Positions 12,323 to 24,545 are shown, numbered from the whole stretch's first letter. The stretch: 63,726 nucleotides of DNA, filler included, from Lama guanicoe (GCA_013239625.1; 202 parts of 202 records of this genome joined end to end with filler, not necessarily neighbours in it), one strand, 5' to 3'. The notes: a model not told the origin generated them from the sequence alone. Translations and numbers: made by a program.

Positions 12323-12538
12323 AGACACAGGAGTGTGCATACCCAGGAGAGGGCAGGCCCAGGATTGTTCAATTCCAGGAGTGTGCAGGCCCAGGTGTGT
12401 GCAGGCCCAGGAGAGGGGAGTCTAGGAGTTGCTGGCCAAGGAGTGTCCAGGCCCAGGAGTGTGGAGGCACAGGAGAAAGCAGGCCCAATAGTGTGCAGGC
12501 CCAGGAGAGGGCAGGCCCATGTGTGTGCAGGCCCAGGA
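12323..12538. repeat. 16-nt-unit GC-rich minisatellite/satellite fragment (~13.5 units)
   Basis: Consensus GTGTGCAGGCCCAGGA with a recurring GAGGGCAGGCCCAGGA variant; fills the whole contig. Confidence 0.93.
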
Positions 12539-12954
12539 NNNNNNNNNNNNNNNNNNNNNNNNNNNNNNNNNNNNNNNNNNNNTTAATTAATTAANNNNNN
12601 NNNNNNNNNNNNNNNNNNNNNNNNNNNNNNNNNNNNNNTTTCTTCTACTGTGAGCCCCCCTGTCAAATATTCCTTCCTTATTTTCCACCAAAGTTTCTTA
12701 TCTTGTTCATATTGTTCTCTATATTTTCTTATATATTCTGAATAAAAATACTTTGTTACTTTTAGGGTTTCAGATTCACCAGTTTTAAACTTTACACTGC
12801 AGCATTAGCAAGCAGATTGGATACCCATCATGTGGCCACCATGACAGTATTTATNNNNNNNNNNNNNNNNNNNNNNNNNNNNNNNNNNNNNNNNNNNNTT
12901 AATTAATTAANNNNNNNNNNNNNNNNNNNNNNNNNNNNNNNNNNNNNNNNNNNN

Positions 12955-13170
12955 ATTTGTGGATACTGACAGGCATATGTAGAATAGATAAACAAGATTG
13001 TACAGGGTAGCACAGAGAAATATATACAAGATCTTCTGGTAGCTCACAGCAAAAAAGAATGTGACAATGAATATACGTATGTCCATGTATAATTGAAAAA
13101 TTGTGCTCTACATTGGAAGTTGAGACAACACTGTACACTGAATATAACTCAATTAAAAATTTAAAAAAAA
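12955..13170 (+). mobile_element. Lineage-specific L1 3' UTR ending in an A-rich tail
   Basis: AATAGATAAACAAG...GTAGCACAG.GAAATATATACAAGATCTT...AAAAATTGTGCT.TACA...ACACTGTA...TATAACTCAATTAAAAA; artiodactyl/camelid-type L1 3' end. Confidence 0.85.
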
Positions 13171-13359
13171 NNNNNNNNNNNNNNNNNNNNNNNNNNNNNN
13201 NNNNNNNNNNNNNNTTAATTAATTAANNNNNNNNNNNNNNNNNNNNNNNNNNNNNNNNNNNNNNNNNNNNATAAATTTGAAATATGTGTAGTTTACTACA
13301 CATACCACAGGAACCATACCACAATAAAGGTGTTAATAAACAAACAAACCTAATTACCA

Positions 13360-13486
13360 CCTCCCAAAAAAGGCAGTGATTCTCAGATTGAATAAAGAAA
13401 GTAACACCAAACTCTGTATTGCAAAGAAGAAAGTCAGTTTAATATAAAGACATACCTTCAAAGTCAAAGGACAGAGAAAGATCTCC
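13360..13486 (+). mobile_element. Degenerate L1 ORF2 start
   Basis: AAAAGGCAG.GATT.TCAGATTG.ATAAA...TTTAATATAAAGACA...AAAGT.AAAGGA.AGAGAAAGAT matches the old L1M ORF2 5' end. Confidence 0.6.
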
Positions 13487-13586
13487 NNNNNNNNNNNNNN
13501 NNNNNNNNNNNNNNNNNNNNNNNNNNNNNNTTAATTAATTAANNNNNNNNNNNNNNNNNNNNNNNNNNNNNNNNNNNNNNNNNNNN

Positions 13587-13802
13587 CTAATTAAACGGAG
13601 AGGGGCGGGGACCAGAGACCAGCAGGCCAGGGAGCAACTGCAGAGAGTCCAGAACAAGTGCAGCACAGCTCCCAGCCCTCCGGAGAGCCTGCTCCCACGG
13701 CCGCGGAGGCACCAACGCGACGCCACCTCACCAGACACTGCGCCAGCTGCACGACGGCCTGAGTGCGGGGGCGGCCGTGCGGCGAGGCGCGGGGGCTGGG
13801 GG
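13587..13802. promoter_or_regulatory. CpG-island-like fragment
   Basis: High GC with many CpGs and a GC box (GGGGCGGGG near 13602); the associated gene is unknown. Confidence 0.4.
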
Positions 13803-13902
13803 NNNNNNNNNNNNNNNNNNNNNNNNNNNNNNNNNNNNNNNNNNNNTTAATTAATTAANNNNNNNNNNNNNNNNNNNNNNNNNNNNNNNNNNNNNNNNNN
13901 NN

Positions 13903-14118
13903 AGGGAGTCAAAAATATACAATGGGGAAAAGACAGTTTCTTCACTAAGTGGTATGGGGAAACCTGTATAGCTACGTGCAAAAGAATGAAAATGGATCCC
14001 TATCTTATTACCATGCTCAAAATTCAACTCAAAATGCATGAAGGACTTGAATGCAAAACTAAACTACTATATGTAAAACATAAAACTACTATAAGAAATC
14101 ACAGAAAGTAAGCTCCCT
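13903..14118 (+). mobile_element. L1 ORF2 fragment (post-RT region)
   Basis: Translates KNIQWGKDSFFTKWYGETCIATCKRMKMDPYL, a conserved L1 ORF2 segment. Confidence 0.92.
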
Positions 14119-14869
14119 NNNNNNNNNNNNNNNNNNNNNNNNNNNNNNNNNNNNNNNNNNNNTTAATTAATTAANNNNNNNNNNNNNNNNNNNNNNNNNN
14201 NNNNNNNNNNNNNNNNNNTTGTGCGAGGTTCAGACTGGGCCTTACAGAGTGTGCACAAACGCTGCCTCCCCTCGGGAGCTCTCCCTGTGTCCTCCCACGC
14301 AGAGCCCGCTTCTTCCTCCTTAGAGCTCCCAACCACCCTCAGGCCATCTCTAGCATAGACTTCACCAAATACAGTTCAGAAAAATAGAGGGATTTGAATA
14401 GACATGCAAAAAGGGGTTCTGGAGCAAATAAGTTNNNNNNNNNNNNNNNNNNNNNNNNNNNNNNNNNNNNNNNNNNNNTTAATTAATTAANNNNNNNNNN
14501 NNNNNNNNNNNNNNNNNNNNNNNNNNNNNNNNNNATTGATCTCAGGCACTTTTCCTGCCAGCTGGGCATATAATACACTATGTAGTTGAAGATGCTGTAA
14601 GCATTTGCTACCATGTGAAAACCGATCTAAAGTCAGTCTGAACAAATAGCAAAGCTGGACTCAGTGATAACAGAGAAATGTAATATTTATAGTATCATTC
14701 AAGCCCTTAAATCCATGAAACCAGCGTTAGCACTAATTTTTTCAAATATANNNNNNNNNNNNNNNNNNNNNNNNNNNNNNNNNNNNNNNNNNNNTTAATT
14801 AATTAANNNNNNNNNNNNNNNNNNNNNNNNNNNNNNNNNNNNNNNNNNNNATCTCCTTTCCAATCCTGT

Positions 14870-15025
14870 GCCCTCCTTGAATGTACCAGGACAGTTCCCA
14901 CCCTGCACTAGCCCTTCCTTCTGTCTAGATGGCTCCTTCCGGTGATCCACAAGGCTGACTTTCTCACCTCCTCAAAGCCCATGCTCCTATGGCACGTTCT
15001 CAGTAAGGCTTAGCCCGACTACTCA
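14870..15025 (+). mobile_element. L2 LINE 3' fragment
   Basis: TGCACTAGC.CTTCCTTCTGTCTAGA...GGCTGACTTTCTCACCTCCT...TTCTCAGTAAGGC, recalled L2 pattern. Confidence 0.6.
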
Positions 15026-15166
15026 AGTTTCTTTTCTTCTCTCTCTTTTTTTTTTTTTGGCTCCTGNNNNNNNNNNNNNNNNNNNNNNNNNNNNNNNNNN
15101 NNNNNNNNNNTTAATTAATTAANNNNNNNNNNNNNNNNNNNNNNNNNNNNNNNNNNNNNNNNNNNN

Positions 15167-15382
15167 CCGCTCGTCCTGTGCGGGCCTCTGCCTTTCCTCC
15201 AGGACCGAGCAGGGCCGGGGCGTGTGAGCCCGAGGGCTGACGGGGGTTGTTCGGTGGACCGCAGGGCTCCCCAGCCCCGCCTCCCCTGGGCGGGCGGGAC
15301 TGGCGGCTCCCTCTGAGCCCGCCGGGCCGCCCAGACTCCGACCCAGCTTTCTGGCCCTGACGGCTTCCTTCATGTCCACAAG
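15167..15382. promoter_or_regulatory. CpG-island-like fragment
   Basis: Very GC-rich, CpG-dense, with GGGCGG boxes. Confidence 0.4.
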
Positions 15383-16516
15383 NNNNNNNNNNNNNNNNNN
15401 NNNNNNNNNNNNNNNNNNNNNNNNNNTTAATTAATTAANNNNNNNNNNNNNNNNNNNNNNNNNNNNNNNNNNNNNNNNNNNNTTTTCCATCTCTGGGTCT
15501 TAGTTTGGAACAATAGTAACTAATTATCCCTGTTTCAGACACGGACCTTACAAACCCTCCCCCATTAAATCTCCAGGGTCTAACAAGTGAACTAGACTGG
15601 GTTTCGTGAAGATCAGGTGACAAGCTATGGGGTTTCTACACCCAGCACTGGAGCAGGAGGCCCTAAAAAGGACGAGAGGCCAGTTTACAGCCCTCATCNN
15701 NNNNNNNNNNNNNNNNNNNNNNNNNNNNNNNNNNNNNNNNNNTTAATTAATTAANNNNNNNNNNNNNNNNNNNNNNNNNNNNNNNNNNNNNNNNNNNNGG
15801 ATTTCCTATCACGATTTTAAAGAGCAAAAGAAGCACAAAGGACCAGCTGCTCCTGTAACACAGAGCCGCAAACCAAAGTCCGAAGAGGAACCTGGGGGTG
15901 CACAAGGATTTGAGAGAGGACCGTGCAGAGCACTCAGCCACCTGACACACAGTGAAGGATGCTTCGTGGCGGCTTTCACACATTGCTGGAGAACACACGA
16001 ATGAGCCAGAGAGANNNNNNNNNNNNNNNNNNNNNNNNNNNNNNNNNNNNNNNNNNNNTTAATTAATTAANNNNNNNNNNNNNNNNNNNNNNNNNNNNNN
16101 NNNNNNNNNNNNNNAGGCACGTGTGTCCAGGGAGTCGGAGCCGAGGCGGAAGCCAAGGGCATCAGGGTGTTCCGTGAGCTCAGGGACCCTGACTAGTTCA
16201 CTACCGAGTCCCAGTGTCAGGGACACAACAACCCGCACGGGGACCATCATGCACTGAGACAGGGGCTGCGATCACTGCTCCGCCGACAGACAGTGTCCCT
16301 CCCCACCGTCCTCTGGGAGTGGCTCTTATTNNNNNNNNNNNNNNNNNNNNNNNNNNNNNNNNNNNNNNNNNNNNTTAATTAATTAANNNNNNNNNNNNNN
16401 NNNNNNNNNNNNNNNNNNNNNNNNNNNNNNATTGCTGTGAAACGGGTCTCTGGCCAATTTTATAGGTAGAGATTCCAGGTAATATTTGGCAATACAAATA
16501 GTAACAGTTCCTAAAC

Positions 16517-16630
16517 TAGTGGTTCTGAAAACTTCCTTTGCCTTAAAGTCATCTGGAGAATTTTTTAAAAATTACCCTTACAGGAGCGCTACCCTAAAAC
16601 AATTAAATTTGGATTACCAGAGGTGAGATA
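16517..16630 (+). mobile_element. MER5-like hAT-Charlie fragment
   Basis: AGTGGTTCT.AAA...CAT.TGGAGAA.TTTTTAAAA...ACCC...AATTAAAT pattern. Confidence 0.55.
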
Positions 16631-19322
16631 AGGTTATTGAGAATTTNNNNNNNNNNNNNNNNNNNNNNNNNNNNNNNNNNNNNNNNNNNNTTAATTAATT
16701 AANNNNNNNNNNNNNNNNNNNNNNNNNNNNNNNNNNNNNNNNNNNNTATTTTTCTGCAGTATCAACTGAGGCTCAGAACATTCATCGCGCTAATGGGGCT
16801 TTGCTGTTATCCTATTTTCCGTGACTTTTCCTTTTTTTTTTTTTTTTGATTAGGCAGATTGCAACACACACAACGAAAGCACTCTTAAAAAATCAGACCT
16901 GACAAACTCACAAACTAACTCCATTTGTGCACATAATCTCTGCAGTCCTGTTTGCTATGGAANNNNNNNNNNNNNNNNNNNNNNNNNNNNNNNNNNNNNN
17001 NNNNNNTTAATTAATTAANNNNNNNNNNNNNNNNNNNNNNNNNNNNNNNNNNNNNNNNNNNNTCTCATGCAAAGACAGTCACTTCTTTCCACCTTGTCTC
17101 CCCTTCAACCTTGAAATCTGGGCACCGCAGGGAGAGGCACCCTCCCCTGAGGCCAGCACCCTGGACAGTCGTGGAGCCTGGTGCCCTCCTGCGGGTCCCA
17201 GTGGGGCCTTACCTGTCGCGCAGAGGGCTAGCCCCAGCCCCGGGACCCACATGGCTGCGACACAGGACAAGGCAGCTGNNNNNNNNNNNNNNNNNNNNNN
17301 NNNNNNNNNNNNNNNNNNNNNNTTAATTAATTAANNNNNNNNNNNNNNNNNNNNNNNNNNNNNNNNNNNNNNNNNNNNACACCACAGGCCCTTGACTCAT
17401 GTTTTGGAAGTGTTGATTGACAGCTTTCCTACCATCTCCACTAAAGGCTCATGATTGCGTCCGTCCCCTGATCTATACTCACAGGTCTGACCTCTTGAAA
17501 GAGCACGAGCACCCCTCAACTCCCAAGTCCCTGTCTAAGCTTGTTCCACAGGCCACAGCATCAGCCAAACGCTGAGGTTCTCCTAGTAGCCCACNNNNNN
17601 NNNNNNNNNNNNNNNNNNNNNNNNNNNNNNNNNNNNNNTTAATTAATTAANNNNNNNNNNNNNNNNNNNNNNNNNNNNNNNNNNNNNNNNNNNNTGAAGT
17701 GACTTACACTGCAGAACCCAGAAAAGAGGCAGGCCCTGGGGGCCGCGGGCGTTGCAGCCAGTCTGGGCGAGTTTAAGGCTGCACATGGAGAACTGCTGCG
17801 TATCTCTCCACAGTTATTGGGGCCCCTCCCCACATTTTACGTGAAAAGAGTATCTTCCTTGCGTGTAAAAATATTAGAGGTAAGCCAGGTCCAGACACAG
17901 TGCACTAACTNNNNNNNNNNNNNNNNNNNNNNNNNNNNNNNNNNNNNNNNNNNNTTAATTAATTAANNNNNNNNNNNNNNNNNNNNNNNNNNNNNNNNNN
18001 NNNNNNNNNNTCCATCAGTTGCCTCTTTCTTTAGAAAATACTTTTGCACCCAACCTCTAACTTTTACAATTCTACACAACTTCCAAAGCCCAGCTCCATC
18101 ATCATCTCCTTCTGGAAGAACTACCTTACAAGCCTTAACCAGAATTAATTTTTCTTCCTCTGTGTTCACAAAACAAGTTTTTAAAATACATTAACTCTTT
18201 CTCTTACCTTAGCAAGTCTCATGGTANNNNNNNNNNNNNNNNNNNNNNNNNNNNNNNNNNNNNNNNNNNNTTAATTAATTAANNNNNNNNNNNNNNNNNN
18301 NNNNNNNNNNNNNNNNNNNNNNNNNNAGACCAACCTCGCCGATTTCACGGTATTGCCCGAGGCCAGCCCTGCTAAAGTGCTATCATAAAGACATCTCGCT
18401 GACAACGTCAGAGCCCACAGCAGGCTGCTGTGCGCTTGGCACCGCTGTCGGGTGGCTAGTCAGTTACCACTTCAGCGCAGGGAATGGTGCCCTGTAGAGG
18501 GAAGGAGGGATGGCAATTCCCTCTGCTGACTGTGTGGGGAGCNNNNNNNNNNNNNNNNNNNNNNNNNNNNNNNNNNNNNNNNNNNNTTAATTAATTAANN
18601 NNNNNNNNNNNNNNNNNNNNNNNNNNNNNNNNNNNNNNNNNNCCACCCCGGCCCCGGGTGTACGTGCACCGGCACCGCTTCAGGCGCCCGCGCGCTGTAA
18701 GGAGAAGGAAGCCAGTGTTGCTGCTGTGGGTGACGGCCTCTGGGTTGGCCCCAGAGAGGGAACGCCGGGTTCCGAGATGCAGCCCTGGGGTGTGAGTGGT
18801 GGCTGTGCCTGGGAGGCCTGGAGGAGGTGGGACTCGAGAGACTTCTCTTCCCTGAGAANNNNNNNNNNNNNNNNNNNNNNNNNNNNNNNNNNNNNNNNNN
18901 NNTTAATTAATTAANNNNNNNNNNNNNNNNNNNNNNNNNNNNNNNNNNNNNNNNNNNNTGAGAGGCAAGTGGAAACAGGTCTTCACCCTTTGGTAAAGGA
19001 AAAGAGATAGGAGCAAGAGGAAGGGGTTGATTAGAGCCACTCTGCACACTTATTTAAGTCATGCTGTGTCTTGGAAAAAATGGTGGCTCTTCCTCACCTG
19101 GCTGGAAGAGAAGTCTGGACAAGCTAGTGGTCAGAATGCTGTTCAAAGGGGCCGTGGCCAGGAAGGAGCTCAGTNNNNNNNNNNNNNNNNNNNNNNNNNN
19201 NNNNNNNNNNNNNNNNNNTTAATTAATTAANNNNNNNNNNNNNNNNNNNNNNNNNNNNNNNNNNNNNNNNNNNNTTTTAGAATTATTTTTCAAAGAACTT
19301 GCTAGAGAGAAATCAGCCGGTT

Positions 19323-19393
19323 GTATTGCTGGTTCAGTGGTAGAATTCTCGCCTCCCACGCGGGAAACCCGGGTTCGATTCCCGGCCAATGCA
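19323..19393 (+). tRNA. tRNA-Gly(CCC), variant or pseudogene copy
   Basis: 71 nt GTATTGCTGGTTCAGTGGTAGAATTCTCGCCTCCCACGCGGGAAACCCGGGTTCGATTCCCGGCCAATGCA. Anticodon CCC at 19355-19357, intact A and B boxes. Acceptor stem has a U2:G wobble and a C7:C mismatch relative to the canonical GCATTGG/CCAATGC. Confidence 0.93.
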
Positions 19394-19397
19394 CGGC

Positions 19398-19401
19398 TTT
19401 T
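19398..19401 (+). terminator. RNA Pol III terminator (T4) of the tRNA-Gly gene
   Basis: TTTT 4 nt after the discriminator base; no encoded CCA or poly(A). Confidence 0.75.
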
Positions 19402-19906
19402 AAGAGCACGTGCAGCCCCGCATTGGAGCTCCCTTTCCCTCTTACTAAGGGGGAGGTTTTTCCTCCTCATCCTTCTTGAATCCCATTGGCNNNNNNNNNN
19501 NNNNNNNNNNNNNNNNNNNNNNNNNNNNNNNNNNTTAATTAATTAANNNNNNNNNNNNNNNNNNNNNNNNNNNNNNNNNNNNNNNNNNNNAAGACACCCA
19601 CATAGTCCTTTTAAAGGTGCATGTATGAAACGTTCATATTAGCACTTAGAGCAATCCCTTGTACATAGTAGTAACTTAAAACGTATCATATAAGTGAATG
19701 GATACTGTTGGCCTCAGCGAGGCTAATGAATGACATCCTTTTTCTCTGCCAAGATTCCTGCACAATTTTAGCAATAACATTAAAAGATGGAAAGATAAAA
19801 CTGTAANNNNNNNNNNNNNNNNNNNNNNNNNNNNNNNNNNNNNNNNNNNNTTAATTAATTAANNNNNNNNNNNNNNNNNNNNNNNNNNNNNNNNNNNNNN
19901 NNNNNN

Positions 19907-20122
19907 TCATTCTATATTCTATATTTTATTTTCTGCATTCCGTAGTCTATATTCTGTATTATGTCTTCTACATTCTATATTCGAAAATATTTATTCACTA
20001 TTTTTTATTCTGTATTCTAAATTCTATATTCTGCATTCCATTTGTAAATTTTGGGTTCTATATTCTCTATTTAATATTCTACATTTTGTGTTCTTCATTC
20101 TTTATACTACCTTCTATATTCT
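19907..20122. repeat. Degenerate 7-mer repeat (TATTCTA)n
   Basis: Repeated TATTCTA/CATTCTA/TATTCTG units over the whole contig. Confidence 0.85.
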
Positions 20123-21802
20123 NNNNNNNNNNNNNNNNNNNNNNNNNNNNNNNNNNNNNNNNNNNNTTAATTAATTAANNNNNNNNNNNNNNNNNNNNNN
20201 NNNNNNNNNNNNNNNNNNNNNNGCTTCCCCTTCAAAGGTCAAGGGCCCAAGGAATTTTGAGGCCTCCTTGTCTGGAATCAACCCGCCCCACACCCCTGTC
20301 TGGGGTGGGGGGTACACCCTGGCTTTGAAGAACGCCCAAGCCAGCCTCCTCCCTTTCCACCCACTCCCAGGATCCTTGAAAGCCCAGCTGCCAGACACCT
20401 GATCTGAGGATTCAGGACACTGTTCCAACCATGATGTTNNNNNNNNNNNNNNNNNNNNNNNNNNNNNNNNNNNNNNNNNNNNTTAATTAATTAANNNNNN
20501 NNNNNNNNNNNNNNNNNNNNNNNNNNNNNNNNNNNNNNTTAAAATGAAATAATGCCCTTAAATTAATGGATGTATTAAAGAAAAAAAAATCAGTACAAAA
20601 TATTTTGAACTGAGACTTTAACGCAAAATATAACAAAATAGTAAGATAGAGCAAAAGGCAAAAGTAGTATTTTTCGTTCTTGTTTTTGCATAAATGATGA
20701 TAGTGCAGGTTGAATTGAAGGAATCTAACTAAAACTGTTATTACTGATGAATAANNNNNNNNNNNNNNNNNNNNNNNNNNNNNNNNNNNNNNNNNNNNTT
20801 AATTAATTAANNNNNNNNNNNNNNNNNNNNNNNNNNNNNNNNNNNNNNNNNNNNGGTGTCTGGCTGCCAAATGCCACCAAGGCAAAATGTGTGCCTGCAA
20901 AAATCAAATACAAATGGGAAAGAAGACAACTTGTAAATAGAAGGGAAAATCTCTTCAGTTCGGTATGCTAACCTGAATTATGGAGGTTTTTTTTCTCTAA
21001 AGCAATCTCGTATTAGTATAAACACACTCCTCTCGTAGAAGAATACAAAAGCAAAGATGCAAAGAGAGGTNNNNNNNNNNNNNNNNNNNNNNNNNNNNNN
21101 NNNNNNNNNNNNNNTTAATTAATTAANNNNNNNNNNNNNNNNNNNNNNNNNNNNNNNNNNNNNNNNNNNNAGTGATGGGTGGATAACAATGACCCTTGAC
21201 CCCACCCCCATGCTGGCCCGGTGAAGTGATGGGTGTTGTCCCGAGACACGTGGGCTGCTGGAGGATTCCTTAACAGTGTATTAATTCACTGGGCCAACAT
21301 CCTGGGGAGCGCTGGCTGCTGGGACCCCTGCTGCGACCGGGCCTCTCACCTCGGCTTCCCTGCCTGTGACGTGGGAAGGATGCCCTNNNNNNNNNNNNNN
21401 NNNNNNNNNNNNNNNNNNNNNNNNNNNNNNTTAATTAATTAANNNNNNNNNNNNNNNNNNNNNNNNNNNNNNNNNNNNNNNNNNNNTTTGCTGACATAAA
21501 AATATAATTACTGGGAAATACAAAATACTTTTTCAGAGTTACAAAATAATCTGTAGTTAGAATGTTTAAGTGTGTGCTGTAAACTTAATCATATTAAATA
21601 TATATGTTTATATGCAAAGGAGAGTTTAGACAAATATATTCAAAACCAAACTTTTTCTGAAGAAGTCTTAAATAATAAAAACAAAAGATGTTTATATAAC
21701 TANNNNNNNNNNNNNNNNNNNNNNNNNNNNNNNNNNNNNNNNNNNNTTAATTAATTAANNNNNNNNNNNNNNNNNNNNNNNNNNNNNNNNNNNNNNNNNN
21801 NN

Positions 21803-22018
21803 TGAATGACAGAGGATTTCTTATTTGAAATCATGGAGGCCAGAAGCAAGTAGCACAACATTTTTCATGTGCTGAAAGAAAAGAGCTCCTAACTGCAAAG
21901 TCTGTATCCAGCAAAACTATTCTTCAGGAATAAAGAACAAAGACACTCTCAGACAAAGGAAAACTAAACTAATTTGTTACTAGAAGACATATCCTTAAAG
22001 CTTGGCCAAAGAAAGTTA
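21803..22018 (+). mobile_element. L1 ORF1 C-terminal fragment (disrupted)
   Basis: Translates MTEDFLFEIMEARSK*HNIFHVLKEK...LYPAKLFFRN, matching the ORF1 'ADFS.ETM.ARR.W..IF.VLKE...ILYPAKLSF' motif. Confidence 0.88.
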
Positions 22019-22118
22019 NNNNNNNNNNNNNNNNNNNNNNNNNNNNNNNNNNNNNNNNNNNNTTAATTAATTAANNNNNNNNNNNNNNNNNNNNNNNNNN
22101 NNNNNNNNNNNNNNNNNN

Positions 22119-22334
22119 ATTTTTTTCTGATAGCTAGACAATACTACTTATTTTATAATCTGTTTTTCCCCATGATTTTAAAATGTCTACATTATCATAT
22201 ATTAAATTCTTATACATACTTGGGTCTGTTTCTCAGTTTTTCTGTTCTATTGATCTATCTGTGTTTTGTGAACTGTACTATACTTAATTCTAACTTTACA
22301 ATATATCTCAATATCTAGCATAGCTAGCCTCCTT
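22119..22334 (-). mobile_element. Old L1 ORF2 fragment
   Basis: GGGTCTGTTTCT...TCTGTTCTATTGATCTAT...TAACTTTA.AATA..TCT, antisense L1M ORF2. Confidence 0.65.
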
Positions 22335-24013
22335 NNNNNNNNNNNNNNNNNNNNNNNNNNNNNNNNNNNNNNNNNNNNTTAATTAATTAANNNNNNNNNN
22401 NNNNNNNNNNNNNNNNNNNNNNNNNNNNNNNNNNTGGAGTGGAGTTTGCAACTGAAAAGGAACTTGGTGTTCCCAACAAGCCATGTTAAGCACGGCTTTT
22501 ACTCACGCTTAACTCTCAAAACTGAGCATGTGGAAGGACGTCCGTTCATCTAGCACAAAGGGAATATTTTGCAGGAGAAACACTTACTCTGGTTTCTCAT
22601 GCTGTTTCCTAGTGCCGGTTTGAAGTTCCTGCAGTTTTCACTGTAAAACNNNNNNNNNNNNNNNNNNNNNNNNNNNNNNNNNNNNNNNNNNNNTTAATTA
22701 ATTAANNNNNNNNNNNNNNNNNNNNNNNNNNNNNNNNNNNNNNNNNNNNTAACCCCGGATGAATTGTTACACATGTGTATAATAAGCTCTTCTTGCACGT
22801 CTGGTATGGCTGATGCACGGAGGAGACACTATATGGGGCAGCTCGAGCCTGGGAAAATGGGGTCTCACCCTACAGATGAGGGCTTTCCTTGGATGCATGT
22901 CAGCACCTGCCATTCCACCTGTCTGAGTGGGCCAGGTGGCCTCTTAGCCTGGAATCCAGCACTGANNNNNNNNNNNNNNNNNNNNNNNNNNNNNNNNNNN
23001 NNNNNNNNNTTAATTAATTAANNNNNNNNNNNNNNNNNNNNNNNNNNNNNNNNNNNNNNNNNNNNCGAGAGGTCATGGGGAATCAAGGGGATTCCTCGCC
23101 TCGTGGCTGTTTATTCAGGTTGGAAGAGGAGAGAGGGGACCTCTTCCTGGAGCTTGGCCCCACCTGCTCTCTCTCTCTTTCACCAAATAGAACATTCTTG
23201 GCACATCCTTTGTACCCTCAGCTCCTCGTGACGGGCCCAGTCTGAGTCCCGACCAGGCGTCTTGAAGGCTCCAGGAAGTGGNNNNNNNNNNNNNNNNNNN
23301 NNNNNNNNNNNNNNNNNNNNNNNNNTTAATTAATTAANNNNNNNNNNNNNNNNNNNNNNNNNNNNNNNNNNNNNNNNNNNNCTGGAGCTCCTCACTTTGG
23401 CTGCTTGGCACCTGCTGCCTTAGAACCTAGCGGGTCACACGGCACTGGTCACTAGGTGTGTGAAACACTCAGTGTCTCCTTTAGGCTGACACTGCCAGCC
23501 CACGGTCCCTGTCTGAGGCCGTTGTGGTGGGTCGTCTGGGCATGGACATGACCACTGACTCGATGTGAGCTCCTTAACCCACCGGGGGTCTCACCCTNNN
23601 NNNNNNNNNNNNNNNNNNNNNNNNNNNNNNNNNNNNNNNNNTTAATTAATTAANNNNNNNNNNNNNNNNNNNNNNNNNNNNNNNNNNNNNNNNNNNNCGC
23701 CCTGGGCCTCCTCCAACCACTAGCTGCGAAAGGTTGCTGCTGTCTGGTGGCCTGGGGAGGTCTGCATGCTCTCATCCTCTCCCAGCAGTAAACTTAATGA
23801 AGACTTCAGTTTCAGCACAAAGAACCCTAGGAGTGAACATGTAGAAACGGTAACCCAGTGAGGTCACAGACCCCACCTGAGAACCCTGGCAGCCCTTTCT
23901 ACAGGAAGGTTCANNNNNNNNNNNNNNNNNNNNNNNNNNNNNNNNNNNNNNNNNNNNTTAATTAATTAANNNNNNNNNNNNNNNNNNNNNNNNNNNNNNN
24001 NNNNNNNNNNNNN

Positions 24014-24229
24014 TAAGTCTATTTTTAGTCTTTTTAGGAATCTCCACATTGTTTTCCATAATGGCTGCACCAAACTACACCAACAGTTTAGGAGGCTTTC
24101 CTTTTCTCCACAGCCTCTCCAGCATTTATCACTTGTGGACTTTTGAAGGATGGCCATTCTGACTTGTGTGAGGTGATATCTCATAGTTTTGATTTGCATT
24201 TCTCTGACAATTAGCGATATTGAGCATTT
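24014..24229 (-). mobile_element. L1 ORF2 C-terminal Cys-rich fragment
   Basis: Translates [17 protein letters not shown]...[10 protein letters not shown]...[16 protein letters not shown]. Confidence 0.95.
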
Positions 24230-24329
24230 NNNNNNNNNNNNNNNNNNNNNNNNNNNNNNNNNNNNNNNNNNNNTTAATTAATTAANNNNNNNNNNNNNNN
24301 NNNNNNNNNNNNNNNNNNNNNNNNNNNNN

Positions 24330-24545
24330 CCCAGGATGCTACCTGGTTCCGGGGATCTTCTCTGATTCCTGGGACATTGTCTTATTCCCAGGATGTTACT
24401 TGGTTCCTGGGATGTTACCTGGTACCCAGAATGGTACCTGGTTTGGGGGATGTTATCTGATACCTGGAGTGTTACCTGGTACCCAAGATGGTACCTGTTT
24501 CCTGGCATGTGACCTGATACCTGAGACATTACCTGGTACCTGGGA
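24330..24545. repeat. 19-nt-unit minisatellite fragment (~11 units)
   Basis: Consensus approximately GATGTTACCTGGTACC(T/C)(G/A)G; unit starts at 24335, 24354, 24373, 24392, 24411, 24430, 24449. Confidence 0.92.

Noticed and set aside
16115..16200. Codon-like stretch ARVSRESEPRRKPKGIRVFRELRDPD*
   Set aside because: Short, unrecognised and without splice support; may be a GC-shifted L2 remnant.
18327..18388. Possible protein C-terminus TNLADFTVLPEASPAKVLS*
   Set aside because: 19 codons at a contig edge and not recognised; it cannot be distinguished from chance without a homology search.
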